A stretch of DNA of 64,000 nucleotides from Octopus sinensis (taxonomy: Eukaryota). Below, piece after piece: positions 1-9,735 of this stretch; the stretch's first letter is position 1; each line of letters opens with the position of its first letter. The position numbers and the translations under genes are program-made. Location of the stretch: contig NC_043024.1 of the NCBI RefSeq assembly GCF_006345805.1, positions 2,852,001-2,916,000 of the forward strand. Direction: 5' to 3'. The notes below the pieces were generated by a model. The model worked only from the letters and a program-made list of their open reading frames with translations. It ran no database searches and was not told where the DNA came from.

Positions 1-202
1 GGTTAGCGGTAGGAGATAAGGGTTTCTGTTATCTTCAGAAATGTAAACAAAGCCACATCTGGTGCTTACGGTACCTATACCGAAGGATCACCATAAACTT
101 CCTCTTTCTGTTGGTATTTGATATTAAGATTTAGGGTATATCGAAAATTAGAGTGGAGCTTCAAAGGGAGAACGAAATGTTGAAAGTAATAAGACAACTA
201 CC

Positions 203-354
203 TATTTCTTTATTGCCAACAAGGGGCTAAACACAGAGGGGACAAACAAGGACAGACAAAGGAATTAAGTCGATTATATCGACTCCAGTGCGTAACTGGT
301 ACTTAATTTATCGACCCCGAAAGGATGAAAAGCAAAGTCGACCTCGGCGGAATT
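203..354 (-). mobile_element. 5'-truncated SINE, family A (tRNA-like head, Meta/MESC-like core, Tx1-like tail)
   Basis: Minus strand reads ccgccgaggtcgactttgcttttcatcctttcggggtcgataaattaagtaccagttacgc...gccccttgttggcaataaagaaata. Many copies, e.g. ~846-1045, 4800-5085, 12460-12650, 13138-13290, 13545-13720, 23714-23870, 32007-32160. The core-domain name is from memory and unverified. Confidence 0.75.
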
Positions 355-956
355 ATAGCTTCAGTAACGTTTATCATCAAAATAAGCTTCAAAATAAACA
401 TACGTACTTATGACATGTATACAATATAAATGCTTGTGTGTATATAATACTTACATATTAATATAGAGAGTCAACGGGGAAGATGTGACGGAACTGAAGT
501 CAGAGCGGACAATAACAGCTTCGAAAGAATTTCTAGGTTTTTACAACAAACGTTGGTTTATATTTTTTGAAATCTACATAATAAAAGAATGCTGTTTGTA
601 TACCTTTACACGGTTGATTATCAGTCCTATAAGTTCAATTGTGTCCGTTAAAAGGATGGGTAATTAAACAGGAGCAGGTGCGACCATTTTTAAAGGTCTT
701 AAACTATTAATTGCCAGGGGAAGTAACTCTTTTTCTTCGCTTTGCTTGCTTCTTCAACTCTTGTTGAGGCTGTTGCGAAAAAATCAGCATGTATTAGGCA
801 TTTTAAACCTCGCGGGGCCCATTCCTCTCCGAATAGAAAGCATCTATTTTTTTTTTATTGCCCACAAGGGGCTAAACACAGAGAGGACAAACAAGGACAG
901 ACAGACGGATTAAGTCGATTATATCGACGCCAGTGCGTAACTGCTACTTATTTAAT

Positions 957-1113
957 CGAAAGGATGAAAGGTAAAGTCGACCTCGGCGGAATTTGAACTC
1001 AGAACGTAGCATCAGACGAAATACTGCTGAGCATTTCACCCGGCAGTATTTCGTCTGATGCTACGTTCTGAGTTCAAATTCCGCCGAGGTCGACTTTACC
1101 TTTCATCCTTTCG
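957..1113. repeat. Perfect 71-bp inverted repeat with 15-nt loop (fold-back of a SINE-A 5' part)
   Basis: 957-1027 is the exact reverse complement of 1043-1113; loop tgagcatttcacccg. Confidence 0.95.
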
Positions 1114-1252
1114 GGGTCGAAAGCATCATCTAAGCTCTCAAGTCATACTCGCTTGTGAACATCTGTTAAGCTTACATACATGCACACGATTCTATTTTCC
1201 AACATCAGCCTTCATTTAAATAAGTCCTGGAGTACTTTATATAGTTTATTTG

Positions 1253-1681
1253 ATAATTCGGATCTTTTCGCTTTGACGGACAGATTTTTAAAATAATATC
1301 TTTGTAACTAAGCACTTTTAAACTTAGTATACTGGTAGAATGTGTTTATAAAACATCTTTTTCTCTTGGCTCTCATGAGAAAATTCTGTAGTTTGTAAGC
1401 TATTTCTTGTTAAATGTCTCGGATTTTAGCAATTTCAACCAATCAATGACGTCTATTGAGGTGAATCCAATTACTGCTGTTGTTTGTCAACAAGTTCAAC
1501 AACAACGTCCGGTGAGAAATTAAACAAGAAATAGCATACAAACTACAGAATTTTCTCAAGAAATCCAAGAGAAAAAGATGTTTTATAAACACATTCTACC
1601 AGTATACGAAGTTTAAAAGTGTTTAGTTGCAAAGAAATTATTTTTAAAATCTGCTGGTCAAAGTGAGAAGATCTGATAATT
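1253..1681. mobile_element. ~430-bp MITE-like element with long (~160 bp) imperfect TIRs
   Basis: Left end aattcggatcttttcgctttgac...cagatttttaaaataatatctttgtaactaagcac; right end gtgtttagttgcaaagaaattatttttaaaatctgctggtcaaagtgagaagatctgataatt. No coding capacity. Confidence 0.8.
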
Positions 1682-1749
1682 CTTCTTCATCCTCATTATT
1701 ATCATGTTGAGAAGACTCGTCAAGCAAAGTGAATTCGTAGTTGTGGTCG

Positions 1750-1960
1750 ATACTGGTGTCACGTAACTGGCACCCGTGCACGTGACATGCTAAAAGCATC
1801 CATTACACTCTTGGACTGGTTGGCGTTAGGAAGGACATCCAACCGTAGAAGCCGTGCCAAATCAGATTGGAACTTGGTGAAGCTCTCTGGCTTACCAGTT
1901 CCAGTCAAACCGTTTGACCTATGCCAGTAAGTAGGAATTGATAAGATGTACCCAGTGTTA
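1750..1960 (+). mobile_element. RTE-tail-like non-autonomous retroposon fragment
   Basis: Contains ggttggcgttaggaaggacatccaaccgtagaa, homologous to the insert at 43081-43836 and to the RTE 3' region. Repeated in each unit (~11545-11760, 19950-20150, 22105-22320, 30410-30630, 46970-47170, 49120-49335). Confidence 0.55.
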
Positions 1961-1963
1961 GGT

Positions 1964-2617
1964 ATGGACACATAAGAGGTGCAGCAACATCAAAGGAAAA
2001 TTAACTGAGAAGATAGCTTTCATGTGCGGCAAATGCACAGGGACAATAGACACCACAGATACTCAGAAAACAGATTCCATCACACTCCAGGGGGAGAAAC
2101 TAGAAATAGTTGATAGTTTCCGCTACCTGGGTGACCAAGTTAGTAGTGGGGGTGGATGCTCAGAGAGTGTCACCACTAGAATACGAATAGCTTGGGCTAA
2201 GTTTAGAAAGCTCCTACCCCTACTGGTGGCAAAGGGTCTCTCGCTCAGAGTGAAAGTTAGATTGTATGATGCATGCGTGTGTATAGCCATGCTTCACGGT
2301 AGTGAAAAATGGGTTGTGACTGCAGAGGACATACGTAGACTTGAAAGAAATGAAGCTAACATGATCCGCTGGATGTGTAATGTCAGTGTGCACACACGAC
2401 AGAGTGTAAGCGCCCTGAGTGAAATGCTGGACATAAGAAGCATCAGATGTGGTGTGCAAGAGAGACGTCTGCGCTGGAATGGTCATGTACTGTGGATGGA
2501 TGAAGTGAAATGTGTGAAGTGCCACTGTTGCAGCGTCCTGGCTACCCAGACCCCGGTCGAACCGTGCAACCCGTACTAGCGCGGAAAACGGACTTTAAAC
2601 GATAATGATGTTGATGA
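1964..2617 (+). mobile_element. RTE-clade LINE 3' fragment (RT C-terminal part)
   Basis: WTHKRC...CGKC, VDSFRYLGDQVSSGGG, RIRIAWAKFRKLLPLL, MLHGSEKW and RRLRWNGHV are RTE-type RT C-terminal motifs. Ends in a degenerate (gat)n tail that abuts the Helitron sequence. Confidence 0.85.
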
Positions 2618-3209
2618 ATTTTTTGTTGACATGTACGCCAAAATTGAATCAAAGATTCACCTATATAAGAACACACCAAAAACATCTCCAGGTTGCTTCA
2701 TGTATTCGCTTAGGGGACAGCATAAATAATGATGGGTATGGAAATAATCTGGGGCAATTGTGCATCCTTCCATTGAGCTTCATAAGTGGACCCCACCCCT
2801 ACTATATGCATGAAAGAACACAAGAAGCCGTGACATGTGTACAAAATTATGGTAGACCAGATATATTTATTATAACTTTTACATGTGACCCAAAATGGCC
2901 TGAAATACAAAAGAAACTCTTTCTTCATCAACAGGCACACCATAGACAAGATCTCATAGAATTGGTTTTTAACTTAAAATAAAATAATATGATGATGCAC
3001 CCCTTTTCTAAATCATATAGCCTCGGGTAAGTTCACTGTTTTATGAATATAGTGGAATGACAGAAAAGGGAATTACCTCATGCCTGTATTTTACTCTGGC
3101 TATGCACAAAAATAAACTCAACCAAATTATGTATATCATAATACTTAGAATGTAGCTCCTGAGAAACAGTGAAAGTAATTACTCGATCAACGATGGGTAT
3201 TGCTGCTAG
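2618..3209 (+). mobile_element. Helitron relic: Rep (HUH) fragment plus 3' terminus
   Basis: VDMYAKIES, GPHPYYMHERTQEAVTCVQNYGRPDIFIITFTCDPKWPEI and a degenerate E*QKRELPHACILLWL (cf. EWQKRGLPHAHIL). Subterminal hairpin at 3180-3199 and CTAG at 3206-3209. Confidence 0.85.
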
Positions 3210-3352
3210 TCTATATATATAAAAGAGAGATTCTGTCTGTCTGTTTGTTTGTCGAGCAAAATGGAAGTAAATTGTTCAAAGGAAGCTATTATGCTTTGTC
3301 TATATATATAAAATCGAAATTCCCTTTCTTTCTTTCACCGAATGAAAGTACT
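3210..3352 (+). mobile_element. Two tandem Helitron 5'-end-like segments
   Basis: TCTATATATATAAAAGAGAGATTCTGTCTGTCTG at 3210 and TCTATATATATAAAATCG at 3299. TC + (TA)n + A-run starts resemble animal Helitron 5' ends. Confidence 0.6.
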
Positions 3353-3380
3353 CGAAAACAAACTTGATAATTTTTCAATC

Positions 3381-3712
3381 TCTTTTACTTGTTTCAGTCA
3401 TTTGACTGCGGCCATGCTCGAGCACCGCCTTTAATCGAGCAACTCGACCCCGGGACTTATTCTATCGGTCTATTTTGCCGAACCGCTAAGTAACGGGGAC
3501 ATAAACACACTAGCATCGGTTGCCAAGCAATGCTAGGGGGACAAACACAGACGCACAAACACACACACGCATATATATATATACATATATACCACGGGCA
3601 ACTTTCAGTTTCCGTCTACCAAATCCACTCACAAGGCTTTGGTCGGCCCGAGACTATAGTAGAAGACCCTTGCCCAAGGTGCTACGCAGTGGAACTGAAC
3701 CCGGGGGGAAAA
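3381..3712 (-). mobile_element. SINE family B (tRNA-derived, CORE-like)
   Basis: Minus strand has ggttcagttccactgcgtagcaccttgggcaag, an internal (TA)/(TG) tract and the tail ggcggtgctcgagcatggccgcagtcaaatgactgaaacaagtaaaaga. Confidence 0.75.
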
Positions 3713-3921
3713 ATATGTAGTCGATGCAGGAATCGGAATTCAGAGATCCAAGAATATATCTATTGAGCCCCAACGACATTATATAATGATTTATAACAAA
3801 ATTATCAGTACAATAGTTGACCAAATAAAAGCACGATATTCATCCTTAGAAGAGTTGAAATTCATGGAACTTTCGAATTTCAACAAATTTGATGAGTATT
3901 GCAAACAATTTTAAAATCATG

Positions 3922-4162
3922 GGTACTATTTAAGAAGAGTGGTCCGGTGCGCGCTCCCGAGCATCCACGCCAGCTAGTCGTGACTAGTCGATCCTTACTT
4001 TGTGTTTTATTTACTTTGTTTAAAACATTATTTACTTTGTGTTTTTGTGTTTTATATATTTTGTATAAAAAATTTATTTACTTTGCTAGATAGTCGTAGG
4101 ATCGACTAGCCAGCGCGGATGCGGGAGCACGCGCAACGGGACCACTCTTCTTAAATAGTACC
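3922..4162. mobile_element. 241-bp MITE with ~60-bp TIRs
   Basis: The terminal 24 nt ggtactatttaagaagagtggtcc are perfectly inverted at 4139-4162. Imperfect GC-rich inner TIR and a T-rich core. Single copy in the window. Confidence 0.8.
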
Positions 4163-4799
4163 AGGGCGACGTTTTTTTTTAATTCTAGGTCATACGGGGT
4201 TGATTGCATATTCAGAATCTCCCATATGTAAATCGTAGGAATTCCAAAATTTGTTTTACTTAAAAATTGCCCGGGGAGGGGGGGGGCAAAGGAATTCATT
4301 GCATGCCCAGCCCCGGAAGTCACCGCACGCCACTGACATACTGTTTTTTCGCAACAGCCTCAACAAGAGTTGAAGAAGCAAAGCAAAGCGAAGAAAAAGA
4401 GTTACTTCCCCTGGCAATTAATTGTTTAAGACCTTTAAAAATGGTCGCACCTGCTCCTGTTTAATTACCCATCCTTTTAACGGACACAATTGAACTTATA
4501 GGACTGATAATCAACCGTGTAAACGTATACAAACAGCATTCTTTTATTATGTAGATTTCAAAAAATATAAACCAACGTTTGTTGTAAAAACCTAGAACTT
4601 CTTTCGAAGCTGTTATTGTCCGCTCTGACTTCAGTTCCGTCACATCTTCCCCGTTGACTCTCTATATTAATATGTAAGTATTATATACACACAAACATTT
4701 ATATTGTATACATGTCATAAGTACGTATGTTTATTTTGAAGCTCATTTTGATGATAAACGTTACTGAGGGTATAATTCTCTAAATCTTAATATCAAAAC

Positions 4800-5085
4800 T
4801 GAACCAGTGCATAACTGGTACTTTAATTTATGGACCCCGAAAGGATGAAAGGCAAAGTCGACCTCGGCGGAATTTGAACCCAAAACTCTTAACGGCAGAC
4901 GAAATACCTATTTCTTTACTACCCACAAGGGGCTAAACTTAGAGGCGACAAACAAGGACAGACATAGGTATTAAGTCGATTACATCGACCCAGTGCGGAA
5001 CTAGTACTTAATTATCGACCCCGAAAGGATGAAAGGCAAAGTCAACCTCGGCGGAATTTGAACTCACAACGTAACGACAGAGCCA
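4800..5085 (-). mobile_element. Two adjacent SINE-A copies
   Basis: gaaaggatgaaaggcaaagtcgacctcggcggaatttgaac occurs twice; tail atttctttactacccacaaggggc at 4910-4933. Confidence 0.75.
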
Positions 5086-5135
5086 TATATATATGTATGT
5101 ATGTGTGTGTGTGTATGTATGTATGTGTATATATA
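5086..5135. repeat. Short (TA)/(TG) microsatellite, unit 1
   Basis: atatatatatgtatgtatgtgtgtgtgtgtatg...; same position as the longer (TA)n tracts of the other units. Confidence 0.9.
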
Positions 5136-5199
5136 GTTGTCCTACGTCCCCTGTAAAGATAACAGCGTCACCCTTTTGCAATACCCTTAAAACCAAGCA

Positions 5200-5522
5200 C
5201 TTTCCAGCACCAGCCCCGCCACCCTACGCACGAATTCACAAAAGAATTGTGAAAACCAGATCCATAAATACGAAGAACGTGGTTATAGGAAAAACGAAAT
5301 GTTTCTCTAATTTCAACCAATCAGATCCATCCATTCCCGACACTGCGGACACCGTCGCAACCGTTTCCTCTTCTTAATTTCCCCAACATCAATATTTGCA
5401 TTTCTTTTTTGATGTGGAAACTGAAGTGAAGCCCACTTGATCGAAACCACACTCGAAAGTGTCTGAACCGTGACCACCCTGTCGCGTTTTTAGCTGCTAT
5501 TTCCAGCAGTTCCCTTACTGGT
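5200..5522 (+). promoter_or_regulatory. Putative ZNF promoter / non-coding exon 1
   Basis: Locally CpG-rich. GC box cagccccgcc at 5211-5220, CCAAT at 5317-5321, octamer ATTTGCAT at 5394-5401, candidate donor ctg|gttcgt at 5521. Conserved at ~14160, 24465, 39820 and 60105. Motif-based inference only. Confidence 0.35.
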
Positions 5523-6534
5523 TCGTATATATTTTTATGTTCTGTTGTTGTTCTTGTTGCTGTTTAACCCCAGGTCGACTCATAGCAGGACTTTTATCGT
5601 AGATGTTCCTGCTGTGACTAGGAACGTGTTCAGACCGAGTGGGACCCCTACGATTTTCCTAATTCGAAGCAAATTAATGAAGAGGGTGCCATGGAATCTA
5701 AGGTTACAAAGTTTAAAAAGCCGTCGATAAATTCAAAGGGACTCAGTTAAAACGAATGGCTTTTTAAATCTAAAAGGGCCCATTATATTAAAAGAAGGTT
5801 GAATAATTTTAAAGGAACCTTAGAATTAAAAAAATTGCCAGGTTTAAAAAAAAATACAAATTATTTTGCTGTAAACATGGTTCGGGGTTCAGTTCCAGTG
5901 CGTGGCACCTTGGGCAAATGTCTTCTACTATAGCCTCGGGCCGACCAAAGCATTGTGAGTGGATTTGGTGGACGGAAACTAAAAGAAGCCCGTTGTATAT
6001 AAATATGTGTGTGTGTGTGTGTACAGTTACTGCTTGGCAACCGGTGTTGTGTTTACATCTCCGTAACGTAGCTATGCAGGAAAAGGCGTAGGAGTGGCTG
6101 TGTGGTAAGTAGCTTGCTTACCAACCACATGGTTCCGAGGCTTAACAAAGAATGATGGATATATATTGACATGTATATATACACATATGTGTGTGTCTGT
6201 ACACACATAAAAAGTAAAAACAATTTCTGTTATGCATAATTTTTAGGAATGTTTTTGAAGAAAACAGTTTCTGGAAATTTTTCCATGATTTTCATAAAAA
6301 AGATCAAATAACAAAAATCAAGAATTAAAAACATTTGAAAGTGTTCAAAAAATATTTACGATAGGCTTACATAGAGTAAGCCCTGGAGTAGATATGCTCA
6401 ACTAAAGGCGGTGCTCCAGCATGGCCACAGTCAAATGACTGAAACAAGTAAAAGAGTATCTATAATTTATCTGTACAGAAATGTAGGAAATATTCGCTGT
6501 TGCCATTTCTACGGTTTAAATGTATTCTCTATCT

Positions 6535-6556
6535 TATATTATTTCTGTTGTTTCAG
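6535..6556 (+). other. Putative 3' splice acceptor of the ZNF exon
   Basis: ttatattatttctgttgtttcag|aataatgg, with AG ending at 6556. Conserved at 15556, 25887, 41174 and 61459. Confidence 0.55.
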
Positions 6557-6999
6557 AATAATGGAATAGTAGAATTGTTACAACAGAAACATCACCAGAA
6601 TATATTCATCATCTTTTAAAGACTAAAGGAAGGAATGTTTATACAGAATTGATATAACCTCGTTTAATATGAAGCTGAGGGGAAACATTTCCTCTTGGGT
6701 GAGATTATAAACAACACTTCTCTGTGTTTGCTCTCTGGAACCTGTTCGAGATAATCTTGCATTCTAAATAAACTTGAATTCAATTTACAAAGGAAATTGC
6801 AACGTTTCCAAATTACAGCAGAGATTACAGTTGATGGAAACGTAGCTGAATGAATATTTGTCAGGAATGATTTATAACAACTAAACTAGAAGATATATAT
6901 TTTGGTGAAAGAAGAAAAACTATTGAAGTTTTCATAATGCAGAGAAGATAAAGGATTGATTTTTTTTTTCCCTGAAGAGTTGTCAAATAAGTGATGGAA

Positions 7000-7196
7000 A
7001 TTATGTGACTGCAATATCTGTAAAAATATCAGTCTCTCAGAGAAAGCATATTCATACAGAGGAACACCTTTATCACTGTGATATCTGTAGAAGCTTAAAG
7101 ACCCAGAAACCTATTCATACAAGAAAGAAATATCCATCAGTGTGATACGTGTGGTAATCATTCTTGCAAATCCATCATTTAACTGTTTACAAATAA
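7000..7196 (+). pseudogene. Decayed zinc-finger repeats upstream of the ZNF ATG
   Basis: Translates in pieces as RKHIHTEEHLYHCDICRSLKTQKPIHT and a CDTCG...HLTVYKCI finger, separated by frameshifts. Same in all five units. Confidence 0.75.
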
Positions 7197-8978
7197 ATGT
7201 ATTATACAGGAAAGAAATCATATCAATGTGATATCTGTGGTAAATCATTCTCTCAAACATCTAGTTTGACTAATCACAAACGTATTCATACGGGTGAGAA
7301 ACCATATCAGTGTGAAATCTGTGGTAAATCTTTCTCCCATAGCGGTAGCTTAACTAAACATAAACGTATTCATACAGGTGAGAAACCATATCAGTGTGAT
7401 ATCTGTGGTAAATCTATCTCTCGTAATAGTGATGTAACTAAACATAAACGTATTCATACAGGAGAGAAACCATATCAATGTGAAATCTGCGGCAAATCAT
7501 TTTCTCAGAATCAACACTTATCTAATCACAAATACATTCATACAGGTGAGAAACCATATCAGTGTGATATCTGTGGTAAATCATTCTCTCAAACTAGTGC
7601 TGTAACTAAACATAAACCTATTCATACAGGGGAGAAACCATATCAGTGTGATATCTGTGGTAAATCTTTCTCTCGTACTAGTGATGTAACTCAACATAAA
7701 CGTATTCATACAGGTGAGAAACCGTATAAGCGTGATATCTGTGGCCAATCGTTCTCTCGAAATCATCATTTAATGATTCACAAACATATTCATACAGGAG
7801 AAAAACCATATCACTGTGATATCTGTGGTAAATCATTCTCTCGAAATCACCACTTAACTACTCACAAATACATTCATACAGGAGAAACACCATATCAGTG
7901 TGATATTTGTGGTAAATCTTTCTCTCATACTAGTAATGTAACTAAACATAAACGTATTCATACAGGAGAAACACCATATCAGTGTGATATCTGTGGAGAA
8001 TCATTCTCTCGAAATCAACACTTAACTGCTCACAAATACATTCATACAGGAGAAACACCATATCAGTGTGATATTTGTGGTAAATCTTTCTCTCGTAATA
8101 GTGATGTAACCAGACATAAACGTATTCATACAGGTGAGAAACCATATCAGTGTGATATTTGTGGAGAATCATTCACTCAGAATCAACACCTAACGAGTCA
8201 CAATCGTATTCATACAGGGGAGAAACCATATCAGTGTGATATCTGTGGTAAATCTTTCTCTCGTAATGGTTCTGTAACTGAACATAAACGTATTCATACC
8301 GGTGAGAAACCATATCAGTGTGGTACCTGTGGCCAATCGTTCTCTCGAAATCATCATTTAATAACTCACAATCGTATTCATACACAAGAAAAACCATATC
8401 AGTGTGATATCTGTGGTAAATCTTTCTCTCACACTAGTGATGTAACTAAACATAAACGTATTCATACAGGTGAGAAACCATATCAGTGTGATATTTGTGG
8501 TAAATCTTTCTCTCATACTAGTGATGTAACTCAACATAAACGTATTCATACAGGGGAGAAACCATATCATTGTGATATCTGTGGTAAATCTTTCTCTCAG
8601 ACATCTAGTTTTACTAATCACAAACGTATTCATACAGGAGAAAAACCATATCAGTGTGATATTTCTGGTAAATCTTTCCCTCATACTAGTGATGTAACTA
8701 AACATAAACGTATTCATACAGGTGAGAAACCATATCAGTGTGATATTTGTGGTAAATCTTTCTCTCATACTAGTGAAGTAACACAACATAAACGTATTCA
8801 TACAGGGGAGAAACCATATCAGTGTGATATCTGTGGCAAATCATTCTCTCAAACATCTAGTTTGACTAATCACAAACGTATTCATACAGGAGAAAAACCA
8901 TATCAATGTGATATCTGTGGCAAATCATTCTCTCAAACATCTAGTTTGACTAATCACAAACGTATTCATACAGGATAG
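7197..8978 (+). CDS. Poly-C2H2 zinc-finger protein ZNF1 (21 repeats, 19 with intact CCHH), no effector domain
   Basis: 593 aa of 28-aa [28 protein letters not shown] repeats; repeat 7 has C>R and repeat 18 has C>S. The true start is uncertain. Confidence 0.85.
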   Translation: MYYTGKKSYQCDICGKSFSQTSSLTNHKRIHTGEKPYQCEICGKSFSHSGSLTKHKRIHTGEKPYQCDICGKSISRNSDVTKHKRIHTGEKPYQCEICGKSFSQNQHLSNHKYIHTGEKPYQCDICGKSFSQTSAVTKHKPIHTGEKPYQCDICGKSFSRTSDVTQHKRIHTGEKPYKRDICGQSFSRNHHLMIHKHIHTGEKPYHCDICGKSFSRNHHLTTHKYIHTGETPYQCDICGKSFSHTSNVTKHKRIHTGETPYQCDICGESFSRNQHLTAHKYIHTGETPYQCDICGKSFSRNSDVTRHKRIHTGEKPYQCDICGESFTQNQHLTSHNRIHTGEKPYQCDICGKSFSRNGSVTEHKRIHTGEKPYQCGTCGQSFSRNHHLITHNRIHTQEKPYQCDICGKSFSHTSDVTKHKRIHTGEKPYQCDICGKSFSHTSDVTQHKRIHTGEKPYHCDICGKSFSQTSSFTNHKRIHTGEKPYQCDISGKSFPHTSDVTKHKRIHTGEKPYQCDICGKSFSHTSEVTQHKRIHTGEKPYQCDICGKSFSQTSSLTNHKRIHTGEKPYQCDICGKSFSQTSSLTNHKRIHTG

Positions 8979-9290
8979 AAACCATATCAGTGTGATGTCT
9001 GTGGAGAATCATTCACTCAGAATCAAAACCTAACCGGTCACAAACGTATTAATACAGGATAGAAACCATATCAGTGTGATATCTGCGGCAGATTATTTCC
9101 TCAGATTCATCACTTATCTAATCACAAATGCGTCCATATGGAGGAAAAATAAAGTCAACGTGATATCTGCGGAGAATCATTCTCTCAAAGTGCTGAGTTA
9201 ATTTCCCATAAATGCATCCATCCAGCATAGAAACTACATCACTGTATTATCTCTAGTAAATCATTCTCCCAAATCATCTTCTGTATTATG
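8979..9290 (+). pseudogene. In-frame fingers beyond the stop codon
   Basis: After TAG 8976: [56 protein letters not shown], then more decayed repeats. Confidence 0.85.
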
Positions 9291-9294
9291 ATAT

Positions 9295-9735
9295 TGAATT
9301 TATTGTATACTGTTCTCATTGGAAAAAGTTAAAACAAGAAATAGAAAGAAGACATATAGTTGTAAAATAAAGACAGCAGTGAAAGCTTGAAGTTGATGCA
9401 CTGTACACAATAAAACACAAAATATCCCCAGAAATGCATGCAGGGATAGAACCTCAAAGAGGAAAGAGAGCATAGGAACATCAGGGGTAGTGATGACGTA
9501 TTTGGGGAAACCTGAAAGTTTTGAAGGTTGCAGTCAACGTATAGTTTATTCCCCGCTTCACTAATTGTGCACATGAAAAAATATCTCTGAAAGCCATGGG
9601 TGCTGCACTGTTTTTGTTTTTTTTTAATTTTATAAGCATGTCCATGGCTAGTTGAGGTATGGACTTCAAAAAAGTGACCAAAGTTGCTGGAAAGATGGTA
9701 GATAATCTTGCAAACTTCAATCAAATCAGACATTT
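9295..9735 (-). mobile_element. CR1/L2-like LINE 3' relic
   Basis: DLIEVCKIIYH...FFEVHTSTSHGHAYKIKK...RYFF...GNKL resembles the CR1/L2 ORF2 C-terminus; AATAAA on the minus strand near 9300. Copies at ~18549-18985, 28796-29235 and 44754-45195. Confidence 0.65.

Larger units (their letters stand above)
1..3352 (-). repeat. Inverted copy of the inter-gene block of the tandem unit
   Basis: Reverse complement of ~10238-13488. For example, 1-150 matches 13340-13490, and the RTE/Helitron ORFs read + here but - in all downstream units. Confidence 0.92.

Noticed and set aside
485-667. 60-aa ORF MTELKSERT... present in five copies
   Set aside because: Conservation reflects the segmental duplication. 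It has a GTG start, no recognisable motif, and the unit-2 copy (~23405-23587) is broken by a 1-nt deletion.
6557-7196. PRDM9 or KRAB-ZNF orthology
   Set aside because: No SET, KRAB, SCAN or BTB-like sequence is recognisable upstream. PRDM9 is used only as an evolutionary analogy.
7581-8801. Antisense ORFs such as [21 protein letters not shown], in all ZNF arrays
   Set aside because: Shadow frames of the 84-bp repeat with no independent coding signal.
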